A stretch of DNA of 64,000 nucleotides, from the NCBI GenBank assembly GCA_028534125.1, contig CM052842.1, forward strand, positions 9,858,001-9,922,000, given 5' to 3'. How positions within the stretch are numbered: position 1 is the stretch's first letter; every line of letters begins with the position of its first letter. This stretch comes from Lama glama (lineage: Eukaryota). Under the pieces are notes generated by a model that did no database searches, was not told where the DNA came from, and saw only the letters and a list, made by a program, of their open reading frames with translations. The translations under genes were made by a program, and so were the position numbers. Positions 48,398 to 60,647 of this stretch are shown piece by piece.

Positions 48398-48520
48398 TGT
48401 GGGCAGCAGCCTCTAAGATGACTCCCAGTGACCGTGCCTCCCAGGATCCAAGCCCTTGTGTAACCCCCGCCAGGGTCTGGGCTGGACCTCGTGACTCAGG
48501 TCTAATGAGCAGAAGGCATT
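48398..48520 (+). mobile_element. MLT1F-like LTR 5' fragment
   Basis: tgtgggcagcagcctctaagatgactcccagtga...cccttgtgtaacccc...ggctggacctcgtgact. Confidence 0.7.
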
Positions 48521-48521
48521 A

Positions 48522-48810
48522 GAGCCACACACCCTTCAAGCCTCTCACAGCGTCTGGAGGCTCCTGGCACTCTTGGCCTTGTGGCTGTACAAGTCCAGTC
48601 TGCCTCTGTCCTCCCGTGGCCTCCTCCTCTTCTGTCTTCCCTTCTGTCTCTTGCAAGGACACTTGTCATTGGATGAAGGGACACCCAGGGAATCCAGGAT
48701 GATCTCAAGATCTTTAACTTAATCACATCTGCAAAACCCCCTTTTCCAAATGAGCTCACACTCACAGGTTCTGGACACGTCTTTTGGGGGCCACCATCAA
48801 CCCACCACAC
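48522..48810 (-). mobile_element. MLT1C/D-like LTR fragment
   Basis: aaggacacttgtcattggat...aatccaggatgatctcaagatctttaacttaatcacatctgcaaaac...caacccaccaca. Confidence 0.85.
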
Positions 48811-48919
48811 TGCCCAAAGACAGGGACAGGTCTGGCTCACCATCACAGTCACCTGATCAAGACACCGTGTGTAGTGCTTGACACAAATAGGAATTTGACA
48901 CAAGTTTGTGAACAGAAAG

Positions 48920-49135
48920 GCAGCAGAGCATTTAAGTGACTGGGCTTTAGAATTAGCTAAACCTCTCTTCCAACCTCAACCACTTACAAACGATGTGACG
49001 TTAGGCAAATTACTTAACCTCTCTGAACCTCAGTTTCCTCCTGTGGGCATTTTAATAATACTTATCTCATGGGGTTACTATGAGTATTAAGCCAGTAAGT
49101 GCAAAGCACCTGCACCATATCTGGCTCCTAATGAG
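48920..49135 (+). mobile_element. MIR SINE
   Basis: gtgacgttaggcaaattacttaacctctctgaacctcagtttcctc. Confidence 0.85.
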
Positions 49136-49934
49136 GCTGAAAGGCAGACGGCGCATGGCACACAGGGGTCCTCAGTGAAGGCTCACTATTCTGACTTGCA
49201 TGTTGCTGACTGGAGTGGCTGTGGTTGGTTCCCACCCTTACGAGCTTCCCAGCCTTTTGCTCTGACTGCCACAGGGGCCCCTTCCCCTGCTCAGAGTCCC
49301 TGGGGCCACCCAGCAGCCCTCCCTGGAGACAGCTGTGGACAAATACCCCAGCCCCGCCCTCCCACCCCCCAAGCCCCCTTCCCTTCCCGCCGCCTGGCTC
49401 GCGTCTTCCAGATGCCTCCCAGATGCCTCCCAGAGCAGGGCTGGCGGCGAGCTTGCCTGGGTCCCCTCGTTGTTATTCCTGGCACGAGGCAATCCTGCCA
49501 GCCTCCTCAGAGGCCCGTAAAAATACCCGCAGTTCGTCTTTCATCGGAGCAGCTCAAAGCCCCGTGGCATGCTCCCGAGAAGACGGTGCTCCCAACCGGG
49601 TTCTGGGAGCCGGCCACTTCCCAGGATGGTCTGGTATGTGCGAGGCAGACGGAGCGAGTGTGAACTGAAATAACCCAGCCTGGGCACCGGCCTGAGGACC
49701 GCGCACCCAGACTGCCAGGGAGATACAAGGCTCCATGTGTGGAGCAATGCTCCCTGTTATTTTCTGGATGTCAGGGCTCTGAGTCACACACAAGCGGGTA
49801 AGTTCCCTCTCTGCTCCTGAGTAGATGTGTGACTTCGGGCATTTCACTTAGCCTCTCTGTATTTCAGTTTTTGCCTCTCCAAAACAAAATGGAGATAATT
49901 CCTAGGGCTTCTGGGAGGATTAAAAGGCATAGTA

Positions 49935-50830
49935 TAGACACAGACTGGAAGAAGATACTTGTAGCACGTAGAGCTGACAAAGGACTTGTATCTAGAATAC
50001 GTTAAGAACTCCTGCAACACAATAAGACAAACAAGCCCCCTCCCCAAATGTGGGAAAGGCTCAAACACACACTTCACAACAGCAGACATATACGACAGGC
50101 CCAAGAAAAGGTGCGCCATGTCATTAGTCATCAGAGAAATGCAAACTACAACCAAGAGGTGCCATTTCACACCCACCAGAAGGGCCAAAATGGAAAAGGC
50201 TGTCACTAGCAAGTGCTGGTGAGGATGTGGAGCGATTGGAACGCTCATACACGACCACTTAGAAAAACAGTTTGGCGGCTGCTTAGCAAGTTGAAGATAT
50301 ACTTAGCATATGACCTAACGATTCCACTCCTAGGTATTTCCCCAAGACATTTCATGCTTACACATGAAAGCGCTTAGCAGGCTTATTCATAATCACCAAA
50401 AGCTGGAAACAACCCAAATATCCACCAGTAGATCAAAGGATAAACAAGAGTGCAGACTATCCAGACAGTGGAATATTAGACAGCAATGAAAAGGAACGGC
50501 TACCTGTGGAGCTGGATGAATGCTGTAAACACTACAAGAGTGGAAGCAGACAGACACAAAAAAGCAAAACTCCCATTCATAAGTTCTAGAAGAGGGGAAC
50601 GAATCGGTGGTGACAGAAATCAGAGCAGTGGCTGCCTTCATGTGAGGGTGCCGTAGCCGGGTGAATGGGAAGAGGCACAGGAAGTGTTCTGGGGTGATGG
50701 AAATGTCCTATATTCCTGTTTTGGAGTGATGGGGACATGTGGGTATACATTTGTCAAAACTTACCAAAATCTGTACTTAACGATCTTTGCATGTTTCTGT
50801 ATATAAATGGTATCTCAACACAAAAGATTA
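49935..50830 (+). mobile_element. Old L1M ORF2 C-terminus plus 3' UTR, inserted in a MIR (49775-49930 / about 50850-50905)
   Basis: ORF 49986-50222 encodes KRCAMSLVIREMQTTTKRCHFTPTRRAKMEK...KCW, matching the L1 ORF2 C-terminal domain ([24 protein letters not shown]); 3' UTR ttctggggtgatggaaatgtcctata. Confidence 0.9.
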
Positions 50831-52552
50831 GAAAGGGACTTTGTGTGGCAAATGCTCATTAAGGGGGCCAAGTGTATAGACAGAACTCAGTAAATGTCAA
50901 CTACTATGAGAAAATGGTAAAAGCAAGTAAAAAGCATATAAATCATTCACCTATATGTTGGGAGTTCCATGTGCTGCTCTGACCATAACAAGCCAGGAAC
51001 CCTGAGATGTGCCGAGACTCACCAACAGGAACCACAGACCAAGTCCTCTGTGCCCAGCCCCCCACTCTCCCTCCTCTTTCTCCTGTGGACGGAGAAACAG
51101 AAAAGGGGTGCTTTGCTGGATGAAGACGCTGTTCTCAGGAGCTGCAGAGCATCGGAAAGGGTACCTTTGGGGGAGTGGTGAGAACAGGCTTACTAACAGT
51201 AAAGATGCCCGGATGCCTCAGTGAGTCCACAGCCCACACAGCTACACCCAGGGTTTCAGAGGCGCCCGAGGCAGCTGCGGCAATGAGACTGGCCCAGCTG
51301 CTCAGGCAGCGGGCTCTTGAAGACAAGGCAGTATCCGAGGTAAGGAAACTGGCTGAGGCCCAACTGTCCCCCAAACTCCCATCCAACCCCAGGCCAAGTT
51401 TCCTCCTTACTGGCCTCCCCAAGCGGGATCTACCTGCATCCCTCTCTCTTTCTGGACTGTTCCATCCTCATGATACGGTGGATGCGGCGGCCCGCACCCA
51501 GAGCTCGGAGATGTTGCTCCCCACAGAGCGCATGGGCTGTCCCACCCTCCTCCGAGGTCTCCCTGGATGCCCCGGAACTGCCTGGAGCTGCTACTCTCTC
51601 TGCGCCCAGGGATCCTCATCTGTTAGACGTGAGACAGAGCAGACCAGGAGCTCTCCTGTCCGTAGCTCTGAGGTTCCTCCGCCTTCTAGTGCTGCGGCCT
51701 GAGTCTTCTCCCCGGAGTCCGGAGGGCCCAAGACCGACGGCAGGGCCTCCCTGGCGGCCCTGCCCAGCCTGTGTGGTTCACCTTCCGGACCTCGCTGGCC
51801 TGGGCTCCAGCCTTGCGAGCCACAGAGATGCCCACGTCTGCATCAAGTAACTGCCACGGGGTCTTTGAAAGAGAACTCTCTGCGTTGAGGATTATAGCGA
51901 CAGAAGAAGGGAAATGTAAGATCTCCCTATGACCTGCTACCAAACGGGGCTGCTGGTGGGAAACAGCACACGTTTTGGATGCAAATCATACTAGGGACTA
52001 AGGAAGCTTTGGGACACCATCTTTGTGGGACGTGGCAAAACGTCATCTTTGGGCCCTTCATCAGAAACTTTGTCTCTAGCTGGGGATCAAAAGTCGGAAC
52101 ACGCTGCCCTGAATTACTGAGCCCGGAATAAGCATTTGCTGTTGTTCTCGTGTCTGGAAGCGGAAAAAGCTACCATTTCATTTCCACCCATGACTTGCTC
52201 AGTGCTCAAGGCCAGCTGCATGATGCAAGGCCCACCTAGTGCAAGATGCAAACGTGAGGCCTCTTGTTCAAAGAGGAAGAAGAAAAGTTTTTTGCTGTAT
52301 TCCAGGATCTCTGTCTTGATCTGTTCTGAGTTTTTTAATTTGCTAGTTAATGTCGTGCTCCCTCGGGTAGGGGAGACTTGCAGGGTGAGCGCACCCTTCC
52401 CAGATGCCCACAGCTCTGCCCAGTGACCCTGTCCCTCCCCGTGCCTGTGCCCAGGTCCCCACCAGGAGCAGAGGGCAGCTGCTGGGTATGGTGAGGGCAG
52501 GGGAGGGGGCAGTCAGGAACCCGTCTGGGGAGGCGAGAAGGTGATGGGGGCA

Positions 52553-52645
52553 GGACTTCACTTAGAAAGCACAGACTCAAAGATAAAATGATTGAGAATT
52601 TCAAGAAGGCTACGGCAGACCTTTAAACTCCAAGTGTGGACCACC
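52553..52645. mobile_element. MER45 fragment
   Basis: gacttcacttagaaagcacagactcaaagataaaatgattgagaatttcaaga is homologous to 26032-26085 in this window. Confidence 0.8.
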
Positions 52646-52699
52646 CTCATTTCTGCCAGTCAGTTTAGCTAAGGATTAAGACCCTGCCAGCCTGCATAG

Positions 52700-53560
52700 G
52701 TTCGGGGCCAAGTTACTGATCTTCCCCAACTATACAATGAGGACAGTAACAGGTCCCCCTGCATCAGGCTGGTTTGAGAATTAGATGACCTGAGAACAAT
52801 CGCTAACTCTTACAGAGCTTGCTACGTGCTCCACGCTGTTATGTGCTTTACAAATATGAACTCGCTGAACCCTCAGAACAAGCTGACAGGTAGGCGGTCC
52901 TGTCCCCACTTTACAAAAGAGGAAACTGAGGCACAGAGAAGTAAAGCAACTCATCCAACCTCCACACGGCTGGTAAGAGGGTAAGACTTGAACAAGCCAA
53001 GACTTGAACACCTCTGCCCAGCTCCAGAGTCTGCACTTCTGCGTCAAGATTCGGTATAGTTTAAAGCCCTTAAAAAGTGAACAGTGGTTATTGTTTCATT
53101 TCATGTAATCCTCACAGTGAGCCAACGAGGTGGTTTTACAGTCCTCTGAGATAATTTCAGAACTGACATGGGAGCACAGGGAAGTTGAGACACTTACCCC
53201 AGGGCCCCCAGCAGGGCTGACTCCAGGAGAGGAGAGGATGTGAGCTGAGGGGACGAGGAGAGATGGTGAGAGTGGGGCCTCTGGCAGAAGAGACCGGCAC
53301 AGATGCTTCGGAAGTTCGGTGTAGGCTGAGGGCTCTAGATAACATTGGGAGGCTTGCGTTTGAGGGTATGGAGGAGTCGGGAGTGGTACCCTCAGGATGC
53401 TAAAATCCAGGATTCTCAGGGCAGAAGAGCAGCATCAAGATCATTGAATCTGAGTCCTAATTATATGGTTGGGGAAACTGAGGCTGGAGCAGAGACTTAG
53501 CAAGCCTGATGCTGTCCCAGAGTCAGAAGGTGCAAACCCAGGGCCAGATGAGCCCTGGCC
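52700..53560. mobile_element. MIR cluster (+ 52700-52800; - 52800-53045, 53090-53220, 53420-53560)
   Basis: ccccactttacaaaagaggaaactgaggcacagagaagtaaagcaact; taatcctcacagtgagcc; ggggaaactgaggctggag. Confidence 0.75.
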
Positions 53561-53794
53561 GGAGTGCCTGCCAGGTCTGAGGAGGGTCCTGAGCACACGC
53601 CAAGGGTCCTGGGTCCACAAATCCGACAGTCAAAACCCCTCCCAGCAACTACCTGGATACCCACCGACCCAGCAGCCTCAGGCAGAGCCCGATCCTTATA
53701 AAACAAAGCCTCTTGCTCCTAAGACGGCAACGTCTGGTTAGGGTTGCTTTTTTCAGTTGTAAAATTTAGCTTAAAAAAAAAAAAAACCCTACTT

Positions 53795-54010
53795 TTAAAG
53801 TCAGGCAGACCTAGTTGTTTAAAAAGGGCTCTACCGCTTAGTGGCTGTGTGACCTTAGGCAAATGACTTAACCTCTCTGAGTTTCGGTGCTCTCATCAGT
53901 ACAATGTCTCTGAAATGGGATTTCTGGGACAGATGAAATAAAAAGGAAGCTACAGAGTGTAAAACTGCCTAGTGGGAAAGCTGGCGCATAGTAGGTGCTC
54001 AGTAAGGGCC
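53795..54010 (+). mobile_element. MIR SINE
   Basis: ggctgtgtgaccttaggcaaatgacttaacctctctgag...ctggcgcatagtaggtgctcagtaa. Confidence 0.85.
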
Positions 54011-54074
54011 ATTCTGAATCCATCAGAGGCCAAACCTACACACCACATGACAGATCAGTCTCAGGGAGAGGCCA

Positions 54075-54376
54075 GTTCTAAAAGGACTCAGCCGTCTGTG
54101 GGCGCCATTTTTCCAACAGCATTTGTTTCCTTCATGTCTCTGTGTCACAGTTTGGCAGTTCTTGCTATGTTTCGAACTTCCTTATCATGATTATCTTTGT
54201 CACGTGATCTGTGATCAATGACTTTCGACGTTACCATTGTTTGGGCATTTCATTTTTTTTGGCAGCAAGGCATTTTTGATTAAGGAATGTGCATTTTTTT
54301 TCAATATAATGCTATTGCCCACTTGATAGACTACAGTATAGTGTAAACATAACTTTTATATAAGCTGGGAAATCAG
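54075..54376 (+). mobile_element. Tigger1 internally deleted fragment
   Basis: gggcgccatttttccaacagcatttg...cttcatgtctctgtgtcaca...aatgctattgcccacttgatagactacagtatagtgtaaacataacttttata. Confidence 0.85.
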
Positions 54377-55089
54377 TAAATAAATAAATGGACTTAAAAG
54401 TGCCTAACAGACAGCTCTGCATCTAAAACCCCAAGGAGGGCAAACAGCAGAATTTTGAGAGGTCCAAAATAGGGTCACCATTCATCATGACCCAGGAAGC
54501 TGAGGATGTAGGTGTGAGAGAACTTACATTTCTGGAGTTTCTTTTCTATTTAAGGTCTTGCTAAACAGTTGGTAAAACTCATTTCTGGTTCATGCTCTTA
54601 GCAGGAAAACACTCAGGCTACACAGTAAGAATGGACCCTGGCTTGGAAAGTTCTCAAAGGTTCTCACATCTCTCTTGTGTCTACTGCCACTGACGGGTGA
54701 CACTGGTTGAGCAGTTCGATTTGAATAATTGTGCACTGAGGATTTCCAGGGGGAACACCCAGGGTGACTTTGTGACTGAGGATTGTATGACACAGATGGA
54801 TTTCATTCTTTTTAAAAATCTGTATGTGCAGAAGCTCCTCCCTGGACTGCAGGGCATTCCTGTGCGCGGGTAGTCTGCTAGAGACCGGGACAGACAGTGA
54901 ACCACCTGGACACTGCAGACCACATTCTATCAAGGGCGGCTTCTAAAAGAGAACAACACGTGGTAATAAGCACCAGGTAGAGAGAAGAAGTAAAAGGTGT
55001 TATAAGTGTCTAACGAGGGTTGTGACTGGGAGTCCAGCAAAGCCCTTCAAGGAGGTGGCATTTAGGACGAGAAGCCAGGATGAAAGGGC

Positions 55090-55522
55090 TGTGTGGGAGC
55101 TCCCCAGGGCGCTGTAACAGAGGACCACAGCCCTGAGGGGCTTAAGACAACAGAAGTGTATCCTCTCCCAGCTCTGGAGGCCAGATGTCTGAAGTCAAGG
55201 GCACGGCAGGGCCATGAGCCTCTGAAACCCGTGGGGTAAGATCCTTCCTTGATTGTTCTAAGAGGCTGCTGGGCTGCCAGCAGTCTTCAGCCTTCTGCGG
55301 CTTATAGAAGCATCATTCCAACCTTTCCTTCCGTCTTCACACGGCCTTTTCCCTTACGTGTCTGCATCTTTCTTCCAAGGACACCAGTCATGGGTTAGAG
55401 CCCACCCCAATCCAGTCTGACCTCATCTGAACTAGATTACAGCTCCAAAGACCCTGTTTCCAAATAAGGTCACGTTCACAGCTGCCGTGGGCTAGGATTT
55501 GGGCGTGTCTCGTGGGGGCGCC
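55090..55522 (-). mobile_element. MLT1C-like MaLR solo LTR
   Basis: gcttaagacaacagaagtgtatcctctcccagctctggaggccagatgtctgaagtcaagg...aaagaccctgtttccaaataaggtcac. Confidence 0.9.
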
Positions 55523-56059
55523 CAGGTCTGTGGAGGATAGGGAGCAACACAGGTGGGTGAGCGGCTGCCAACGCCCTGAGCTGGAGACGGAGCTGGGTGG
55601 GCAGGAGATGGCGCCTCTGGGGACATGAAGAAGCCAGTGAGTCTAGAGCGTGGGGAGGAGGGGAAGGGGAGGTGGTCATGGTGAAGTGGTAAGTGGGACG
55701 GAGTCAGACTGCACGGAGACAGGGAGGAGCTACTGGGGAATTCACCAGCTTTTCACTGTCTCAGAGAGGCACACCCCTTCCAGCTCCCGTGGGAGGGGGC
55801 CTGAAGGAGGTTGGCACACGGCCGGCAGGGAGTCACGGCCACCGGCGTTTTCATAGTCTGATGCACCCCACCTGTGACCGGCCCGCCGCTCTGGAGGAGC
55901 AGACATAGGCAGAAACCTTCTGGCTATGATGCGCTCTCTGCTCTGGAAAACCAGAGGCTAAAATTGTCCCATTTACTGCACAGTTGCTGCCTGAGTGCAT
56001 CCTGACGGGCAGCCGGGGAAACCAGAAAGTGTCCTCCTTTGCAAAAATTATGGCATCTT

Positions 56060-56300
56060 GGCTATATATATAAAGTAGATTTTGGTCTTTGAGAGAGACA
56101 TATGACATATGTACACACATACTTTATGTCTATCTTGATATATATGCTATATATATATAAGCATATATTGAAAGTTTTAGGCATATATTAATATATAAAA
56201 CACATGTATCTCATTACTTTCTACATATATCGTATATATGTGTGTGTTACACACATGATATGTGTATAAAGTGATAAATATATATGGAAAATGTATCTCA
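56060..56300. repeat. TA-rich low-complexity tract
   Basis: Degenerate (TA)n/(CA)n runs. Confidence 0.85.
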
Positions 56301-56359
56301 AATACCAAAAGGTTTACGCTTTAGATAAAGGGTTATTTTCCATGCAGGCTGTCCTTGGT

Positions 56360-56670
56360 ATTTATTCCACAAATATTTCCTGAGTGTCTTCTACGTCACA
56401 GGTGCTATTCCAGGCAGGGGCTAAGATGGCAACCCTCCTGGAGCTGCCTTCCCAGTGGGATCGGGGGAACCAACTCAAGACAACTGTGAGGCACATTAAA
56501 AGGTGCCAAGAACAAGAGAGGAGAATCCAGCTAGGAAAGAGAAGAATGAGCAGCGCCGAGTGCAGGGGTCTTTGGACGTTCAGCACAGCGGCCAGGGCAG
56601 CCCTCGCTGATGTGACACCTGAGCAAAGACGTGGGGGGGAACGAGGGAGTGAGTGGTGAGGAAGACAGGC
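56360..56670 (-). mobile_element. L2 3' region
   Basis: ttattccacaaatatttcctgagtgtcttctacg...ccctcctggagctgccttcccagtggg...gtgacacctgagcaaagac. Confidence 0.8.
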
Positions 56671-56929
56671 AACCAGACTGACTCGAATCCCACCTGAGCT
56701 CCCGACGGGCTCCAGCTCCGTGTGATTCTGAGTTACAATCACTGCAGGCCAGGAAGGAATTTGGGAAGCAGGGAAGGGACATACTTGAGAGTTCTTCCTG
56801 GAATCCCCAGCTCTCCATTATTTCCTCTTTTTCAATCTGCCGCTTTTTGCCAGGGTCCTTGGCCTCGTGGCTCCTTCAGTGCTCCAAAATAAAAGTTATC
56901 TTCTTGTGTTCCCAAGTCCCAGAGGCTTT

Positions 56930-57545
56930 GACAATTCCCTCCCCAACCAGAGATCAATCTCCACGCAGCAGCCAGGGTGACCTTAAAATGCACGTTACTC
57001 ACATAAAATCCCTTGGTGACTGTCCTCTGCTCCTAGAGCAAAACCTATCTCCCCACTGGAGCCTGCAAACCCACCATCACCTGGCCCCTGGTGAACCCCC
57101 ACCACCGGCCCCCCAACACGCATCGTGCTCCCTCCTCATCACCCAGGGCCGCACTGGCCTTGTCCAGATTCTCACAGATGTCAAAGCATTTCCCATCTCA
57201 GGGCCTCTGTCTGAGAATCTCCCCTATTGCCTGCGGCTGCTCCTGCAGGTGTTGGCTGAACGCTCACCTCTGGGGAGAAGGCTTCACTGGGCCCCCATCT
57301 CAATGCGTTCCCCTTTATTGTCTCTCCTAGCCCTGTGTTTACTCCTGGTGTATTTAAACACGATTTAGTGACTTCTTTCTTGTTCATCTGTTGATTTAAT
57401 TTGGGTTCGCCTCCCCCACTGAATGCATACTCCAGGGCAGCAGGGATCTGGTCTAGTACGATGTACAATACTACGCGCCAAGGACCAAGCGAAGGATCTA
57501 ATTCAGAGGAGTCACTCACGTGATATCTAAATAAATGCATATCTG
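56930..57545 (+). mobile_element. L2a-like 3' region
   Basis: tctccacgcagcagccagggtgaccttaaaatgc...cccatctcagggcctct...ccccactgaatgcatactccagggcagcagggatctggtct. Confidence 0.85.
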
Positions 57546-57627
57546 CATAAATATTTAAAACATTTAACAAAGCATTTGTTATAGGAAGGACAGAAGAGAG
57601 GAAGGAGGGATAGGAGGGAGGGAGCGA

Positions 57628-57667
57628 GGAAGGAAGGAAGGAAGGAAGGAAGGAAGGAAGGAAGGAA
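57628..57667. repeat. (GGAA)10 within a purine tract 57595-57683
   Basis: Perfect tetranucleotide run. Confidence 0.95.
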
Positions 57668-57889
57668 GGGAAGGAGGGAGGAAATTTTGAGGAATTTGCA
57701 GGCTTAGCACTTACAGCCAGGTCTGTCTTCTTCAAACTCCACGTACTTTCCATGCGCCCATACTGCCATCAGTCCATGAACAAAGCGGTCCTGGGGAGGG
57801 CACAAAGCTGGGGAAAACGGACAATTAAGAAACTCACAATATAACCGAGGAAGCAAAACTAGCATGCACATAACACGACAGTGGGCATG

Positions 57890-58190
57890 AAAAACAAAAA
57901 GAAGGCATTAGCAAAGGTTTTTGGAGAGGACTATTTAATTACAAAAAGCGATGCTCATGACATATTTTTAACTAAAAGAGAAAATTAGAAAACAGTATGT
58001 TTCTGGTGTGTATATATACCCGTCTACATGAGGAAAATGTCCTGGAAGATTATACATCAAAATACAAACTGATTATATTTGAATAGGATGATTACTAGTA
58101 TTTGGTTGTTTTCAATGATTCAAATTTTCTGTAGTGATTATAAATTACTTGGGGAACAAGAAAAAAGTAATTAACATTATATTTAAACAT
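57890..58190 (+). mobile_element. L1ME 3' UTR end
   Basis: atgctcatgacatatttttaactaaaag...ctggaagattatacatcaaaat...aaattttctgtagtgattataaattactt. Confidence 0.65.
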
Positions 58191-58629
58191 ACACGTGAGT
58201 TCAGAGGAAGCTGCAAAGTCAACAGTGAACCCGTTAGGAAGGGTGGGCAGATGGTCAGGGATGGCTTCCAGAAGGAGGAAGGCATGACCTGAGGGGGGTT
58301 AGGCAGGAAGGGAGGACACTCCTTATTGAAACCTGCTCACGGTGACCCTGGGCAGTGGCTCCCTCGTGCTCTGTCTCTTCACTCCGCAGAAGGAGAGATG
58401 TAACACGTTAGCTGCACCCTCGAAAGGCCTCTCCTGCCCAGTCTAGACCTAGCAGACTCCTACACACCCTCAGTTCCAAAGTGGCGTTGGAAGCATCCTT
58501 CCCTGGAAGGCCTAGGAAGAGCTCACGGTTCTGCGTCATCCATCCCGGAAGCATGAGCGAGTGGACTGGGTGGCGCCGTGTGCAATGATTGAAGAGGAGG
58601 AGTTTGAGTGAAGTGTCCCCGGTGGGTGA

Positions 58630-59280
58630 CCAACTCCCCACTGATTATCCGGGTGACCCTGGGCAAGCCACTTCATCTCAGAACTTCAGGTGCCTCGTCT
58701 GTGAAATGGGATAATGGCTCTCTCAGGGGGATGTTATAAGGGCAAAGTGGGTTACGTTTTGTGAAATGAATGGGACAAGGGTAGACACAATTGCTTTCTA
58801 GCCAGTAACTGTTCACAAATGTTAGCAAGTAATTATTCTGCAGAAATTCACAGGAGGGGCAGCAGCCGGCTCCTGCTAGATAACAGAGAAGGAAGGCACA
58901 ACACAGTCCCTGCCCACTGTGGCCTCGGATCACTGGGGATTGGAGGTCTGGGCAGATGGCAGTAGAGATAATACCCACAAGGGTTTTTGTAGGGAATTTC
59001 CAGTAGGAAATTAGGTGCTGCTGGCTTGCTGATCACAAAGGAAACCTTTCCAGAGAAGGGGCTGGCTGGTGAAGAGGAGCTCCGTAGAAACTATTTTCAC
59101 ACTGAGCACCTACTGTGTGCCAGGAACCGTATTATCCCTAATATAAAACCCTACCTACTGGTTAGTTGTCATCATCACCATTTGAAAGAAAAGGGAAATG
59201 AGATGCTGAGTGCTCAGCAACCTGCCCGAAGTCACACAGCTAGAACATGGCGTATCTGCCTTCACTCTGCACACAGCGAT
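58630..59280. mobile_element. MIR (+ 58630-58835) and MIR (- 59095-59280)
   Basis: gggtgaccctgggcaagccacttcatctcagaacttcag; actgagcacctactgtgtgccaggaac...gtcacacagctag. Confidence 0.75.
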
Positions 59281-59999
59281 CCCCACCCAGGGTGGAGGGG
59301 CCACCTGCGGAAGGGCAGGTTTTGTCAAAGCACTGATGGTGCAGCGAGGAGGGGACGAGGGTGATTTGAGAAGCTCTGTTTCCCTTAGCAGCTGCTTTTC
59401 CATCCCCCTCCCACCCCGTCCTGTGCCCTGCACCGAGCTTGTTGATCGCAGAGGCACCACCCCACCTGCTTGCTTTGAAAGTGCCCTGTTCCCCCTGGTT
59501 TCCGGAGCTCCCAGAGCTGTTCTTTGTGATGCTCTAAACCCAGGGGCCTCCCGCCACTCTGCTTCCCAGGATGAGAGGGTCTCAGTCACAGCCCTGGAAA
59601 CACAGAGGGGCCAAGGCTCAGGACCAGGAGTGGACCACACCCCACCACCTCCATCCTTGTCCTCTCATTGCAGTTGGGAATCTGGGAACTTGTTGTCCTG
59701 TCCTTCTGGAGGGAAAGGAAGAAAAAGAACTGCTGACTGTGAAAAAAAATAGGAGCAGAAGAATGGCGTGGCATGCATTGATCAGCTGGTACAGGGGACC
59801 GGACATCCCGTCAATGAAGACCGCAGGTTCTTGATAAATGCTACTCAATCCAGGAAGCCCCCCTCCACCCCCTCATAAAACCGGGGTCCCGAGAGGCTCC
59901 TAACGGTGGGTCCTGATTATCAAAGGGAATGACCACATGTAACAGATCTTTGGATGTCTCTCTCCCAAACTGATAACTGAATGATTTATTACATTGAAT

Positions 60000-60205
60000 A
60001 GCTGACTAGTTACGATGTGTTCAGGCACCTGATACATTAGCTTATTGACTCTCCACAACAACGTGACTTGATAAGTATCACTGTTGCCATTGTATAGACT
60101 GGAAAGTTGAGGCTAAGGGAAGCTAACTACAGTGTCCCAGGTCATTCCATTCCTAAAAATGGGAGAGTGAGTCAGAAACCTAGGCACTCTGGGCCCCAGA
60201 CGGCG
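60000..60205 (-). mobile_element. MIR SINE
   Basis: ccattgtatagactggaaagttgaggctaagggaagctaact...tcccaggtca. Confidence 0.7.
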
Positions 60206-60647
60206 TGGATGCCTGCCCCCTATCAGCATCCTGCCCATCCAGACCACGTGGTCAGTTGTGGTCAGATATACCTAGCGGGTCATCCTTTTTATCTTGACTC
60301 ATCTCCTGCGTGGTCCCCTGAGCCTGGACTTGCTGCAGGATACAAGGCCTGTCCCTACTGAACATGCTGGCAATTGACAAGGGGCTTGAGTTTCTTTTTA
60401 CACTGAAATGAAAGTCACACCGTCTTATGTCTGACAGCGGGAAGCACAGAAAAGCCCGTTTTGACCAGGCCGGAATAGTGTGGTAGAATGAGAGCGTCAA
60501 AGGAAAACTAAACATCTTAGAGAGGGCAGGGAGAATACGTGCCTCAAGCTAACTGCTGGTTTCCACTGGAAACTGCACACACACCTGCAACCAGGGGAAA
60601 ATCAAATCTGTGCTCACCTATGGACAGGGCGCCCTTTACATTCAGAG

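Noticed and set aside
49844-50248. ORFs at 49.8-50.2 kb as host genes
   Set aside because: Sense and antisense translations of a decayed L1 ORF2.
51192-51200. TACTAAC branch-point consensus
   Set aside because: AG follows immediately with no pyrimidine tract, unlike a mammalian 3' splice site.
26032-52645. Shared segment at 26032-26110 and 52553-52645 as a local duplication
   Set aside because: Both are independent MER45 copies.
52983-53010. Direct repeat AAGACTTGAACA twice
   Set aside because: Simple 16-bp slippage duplication inside a MIR.
55601-55620. CTCF-like GCAGGAGATGGCGCC (and similar near 52467)
   Set aside because: Mismatches in the 5' CCAS(C/T) core; not supportable without a PWM scan or ChIP data.
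57181-57753. 190-aa ORF with PSFL repeats
   Set aside because: Translation of the (GGAA)n tract and an L2.
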